Virus record (IMG/VR): IMGVR_UViG_3300014682_000012
Reading direction: 5' to 3' (one strand)
Origin: a virus
Taxonomy: Duplodnaviria > Heunggongvirae > Uroviricota > Caudoviricetes
DNA: 7,049 nucleotides
Every line of letters starts with the position of its first letter. Position 1 is the first letter of the stretch. Below the pieces are notes generated by a model. That model made no database searches. It was not told the origin of the DNA and saw only the letters and a program-made list of their open reading frames with translations. Both the position numbers and the translations under genes were made by a program. Shown in pieces: positions 5,912 through 7,049 of this stretch.

Positions 5912-6130
5912 ATGCAGAAACGAGAACCCGTCATCATCGCGCCAGACTATACCGATGATGAACTTTATGAGTGGATGCGCCAGAAAATTAATGCAGCGCA
6001 GGATCTGAAATGGGCCAATGAAGCCAGGGCTAAGCAGGCTGAAAATCTGTCCGCTCTGGAGCAGGATATCACCAGGCTGGAAAAAGCAGCGGCATTAAGC
6101 ATTGCCAGAATGATTACATACCCGCGTTAA
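5912..6130 (+). CDS. ydfC: YdfC-like small protein, 72 aa
   Basis: Complete ORF with GAGGAA RBS. MQKREPVIIAPDYTDDELYEWMRQKINAAQDLKWANEARAKQ... Position after ydfA/ydfB-like genes. Confidence 0.7.
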   Translation: MQKREPVIIAPDYTDDELYEWMRQKINAAQDLKWANEARAKQAENLSALEQDITRLEKAAALSIARMITYPR

Positions 6131-6265
6131 TAGCTAACCAACGAAGCTAAGGTTGGTAATTAAGGAGTTCTCCACGGGTGAGGTGGAGTGCGTGCGCCGG
6201 ACACGGGTGAGCATCCGGTACGTTCTTTAAAAATCTGGATAGTCCCAACTTATTTAAACGGTTAA

Positions 6266-6697
6266 TTATCTTGAGTTCATCCAGAACTTATTATTGCAAG
6301 CGGGGCAAAAAGTACGAAAATGAGCATCAAAGCGCATTATTTCCATTGGCTGAAGTACAGATATTACCTTTTTTCCAAAACATTGTGGGCAAAGATGCAC
6401 AGTTATCTCAGTATCGCCTATAAATTGCTTCTTGGAATATACAAGGGTTCCAGAATCAAGCTTGTTAAGCTTGTAACCTTCCGCCTGTCGCTGAAAATCT
6501 TCTGTCTCTGCAATTTTTGCTTTGAGATGCATTATCTCTTCATCACGAAAGCGGATCGCATCGCAAAGAGAGAAGCATTCCGCCTGAAGCGTGATTAGTT
6601 TGTTCTGAAGTTCAATAGTTGCGGCTTTAACTTCTGCATCCGTTTTTGCGTCATTAATAACCTTAGCGAGACCAGCTGTCTCCTTTATCGCAGCCAT
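6266..6697 (-). CDS. Hypothetical coiled-coil plus zinc-ribbon protein (about 143 aa), antisense to the dicB-type operon between ydfC and dicF
   Basis: Minus-strand ORF (track 6266..6826), most plausibly starting at ATG 6697..6695 (alternatively the in-frame GTG at 6724, or further upstream). Alanine/lysine-rich predicted helical N-terminus, then HLCPQCFGKK...FRTFCPACNNKFW (two CxxC pairs about 22 residues apart). GC about 40 percent, against about 55 percent in flanking DNA. Own promoter upstream. Confidence 0.5.
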   Translation of the reverse strand: MAAIKETAGLAKVINDAKTDAEVKAATIELQNKLITLQAECFSLCDAIRFRDEEIMHLKAKIAETEDFQRQAEGYKLNKLDSGTLVYSKKQFIGDTEITVHLCPQCFGKKVISVLQPMEIMRFDAHFRTFCPACNNKFWMNSR

Positions 6698-6737
6698 AGC
6701 CGCTGACAGTTCTGCTATCACGTTGAGTACTCTTCTC

Positions 6738-6790
6738 GTTGTTGGGGATATCCGGATTATACAAATTTCTTGTTGTTGGGGAATAACAGG
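6738..6790 (-). promoter_or_regulatory. Putative leftward promoter with extended -10 (TGTATAAT), flanked by two copies of an 11-bp direct repeat
   Basis: Minus-strand TATAAT at plus 6761..6756 with TG immediately upstream. Weak -35 (ATTCCC at 6784..6779). The repeat GTTGTTGGGGA on the plus strand (6738..6748 and 6772..6782) covers the predicted +1 and -35 regions. Confidence 0.4.
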
Positions 6791-6970
6791 AACCACCTCG
6801 CCTGACGTGGTTAAAAGCAGGCACACAACGCGAAAGCGTACGGCGAGGTAGCTGGTTTATAGATAGCCTGTCGTTAAATTTTCGTCGACCGTGCGCTTCC
6901 GGTTGTGGCACTCCGCGAAATGGCGCGGCGGTAAGTATGGCGGGGTTATTCCTTCCCCGTTGAGGACACC

Positions 6971-7008
6971 GGGTTGTCAGGTTGACCATACGCTTAAGTG
7001 ACAACCCC
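6971..7008 (+). other. 9-bp perfect inverted repeat GGGTTGTCA / TGACAACCC (20-nt loop) in the GC-rich structured leader just upstream of dicF
   Basis: Seen directly. Additional short stems at 6914..6929 (CCGCG/CGCGG) and 6941..6959 (CGGGG/CCCCG). Position suggests a processing or structural element of the DicF precursor. Confidence 0.4.
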
Positions 7009-7032
7009 GCTGCAACGCCCTCTGTTATCAAT

Positions 7033-7049
7033 TTTCTGGTGACGTTTGG
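7033..7049 (+). ncRNA. dicF: 5-prime end of DicF sRNA (partial; continues beyond window end)
   Basis: TTTCTGGTGACGTTTGG matches my recollection of the first 17 nt of E. coli DicF (UUUCUGGUGACGUUUGGCGGUAUCAG...). Location downstream of ydfA-ydfB-ydfC on the same strand matches the Qin dicB operon. Only 17 nt are visible. Confidence 0.5.

Noticed and set aside
5749-5958. Plus-strand 69-aa ORF spanning ydfB/ydfC
   Set aside because: An alternative frame across two well-supported small genes with their own SDs; Arg/Ser-rich translation.
6137-6219. Terminator for ydfC or for the antisense gene (ACCAAC/GTTGGT and CCGGA/TCCGG stems)
   Set aside because: Short stems of 5-6 bp with long loops and no U-tract; insufficient for an intrinsic terminator call.
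6320-6598. Plus-strand 92-aa ORF
   Set aside because: Antisense to the zinc-ribbon gene. The translation is Tyr/Phe/Leu/Lys-rich low complexity, as expected from reading AT-rich coding DNA in reverse; no RBS.
6663-7031. Minus-strand 122-aa ORF upstream of dicF
   Set aside because: Arg/Pro-rich translation typical of an antisense read through GC-rich structured DNA. It overlaps the predicted promoter and the hairpin-rich DicF leader, and has no RBS.

Overview
This window looks like the immunity and early region of a lambdoid (Rac/Qin-like) enterobacterial prophage, read from sequence alone with no database search. A leftward early operon (about 4575 down to 1) encodes a Cro/YdaS-like HTH protein, a YdaT (CII-like) protein, a 356-aa replication initiator that carries helically phased CGTGAC iteron arrays and an AT-rich tandem repeat inside its own gene (ori-like), then a translationally coupled run of small genes (140-aa unknown, 161-aa minimal SAM-methyltransferase-like, 84-aa Cys-rich, 101-aa strongly acidic), a small membrane ORF cut by a 10-N gap, and an edge-truncated protein. 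Rightward, a CI/LexA-like repressor (HTH plus S24 peptidase) is followed by a promoter, long leader and ydfA-ydfB-ydfC-like genes; the window ends on what matches the first 17 nt of the DicF sRNA. The most unusual element is a low-GC, promoter-equipped antisense gene (coiled-coil plus zinc-ribbon) sitting between ydfC and dicF, convergent with the dicB-type operon. Family names and gene symbols are from memory and need homology searches to confirm.
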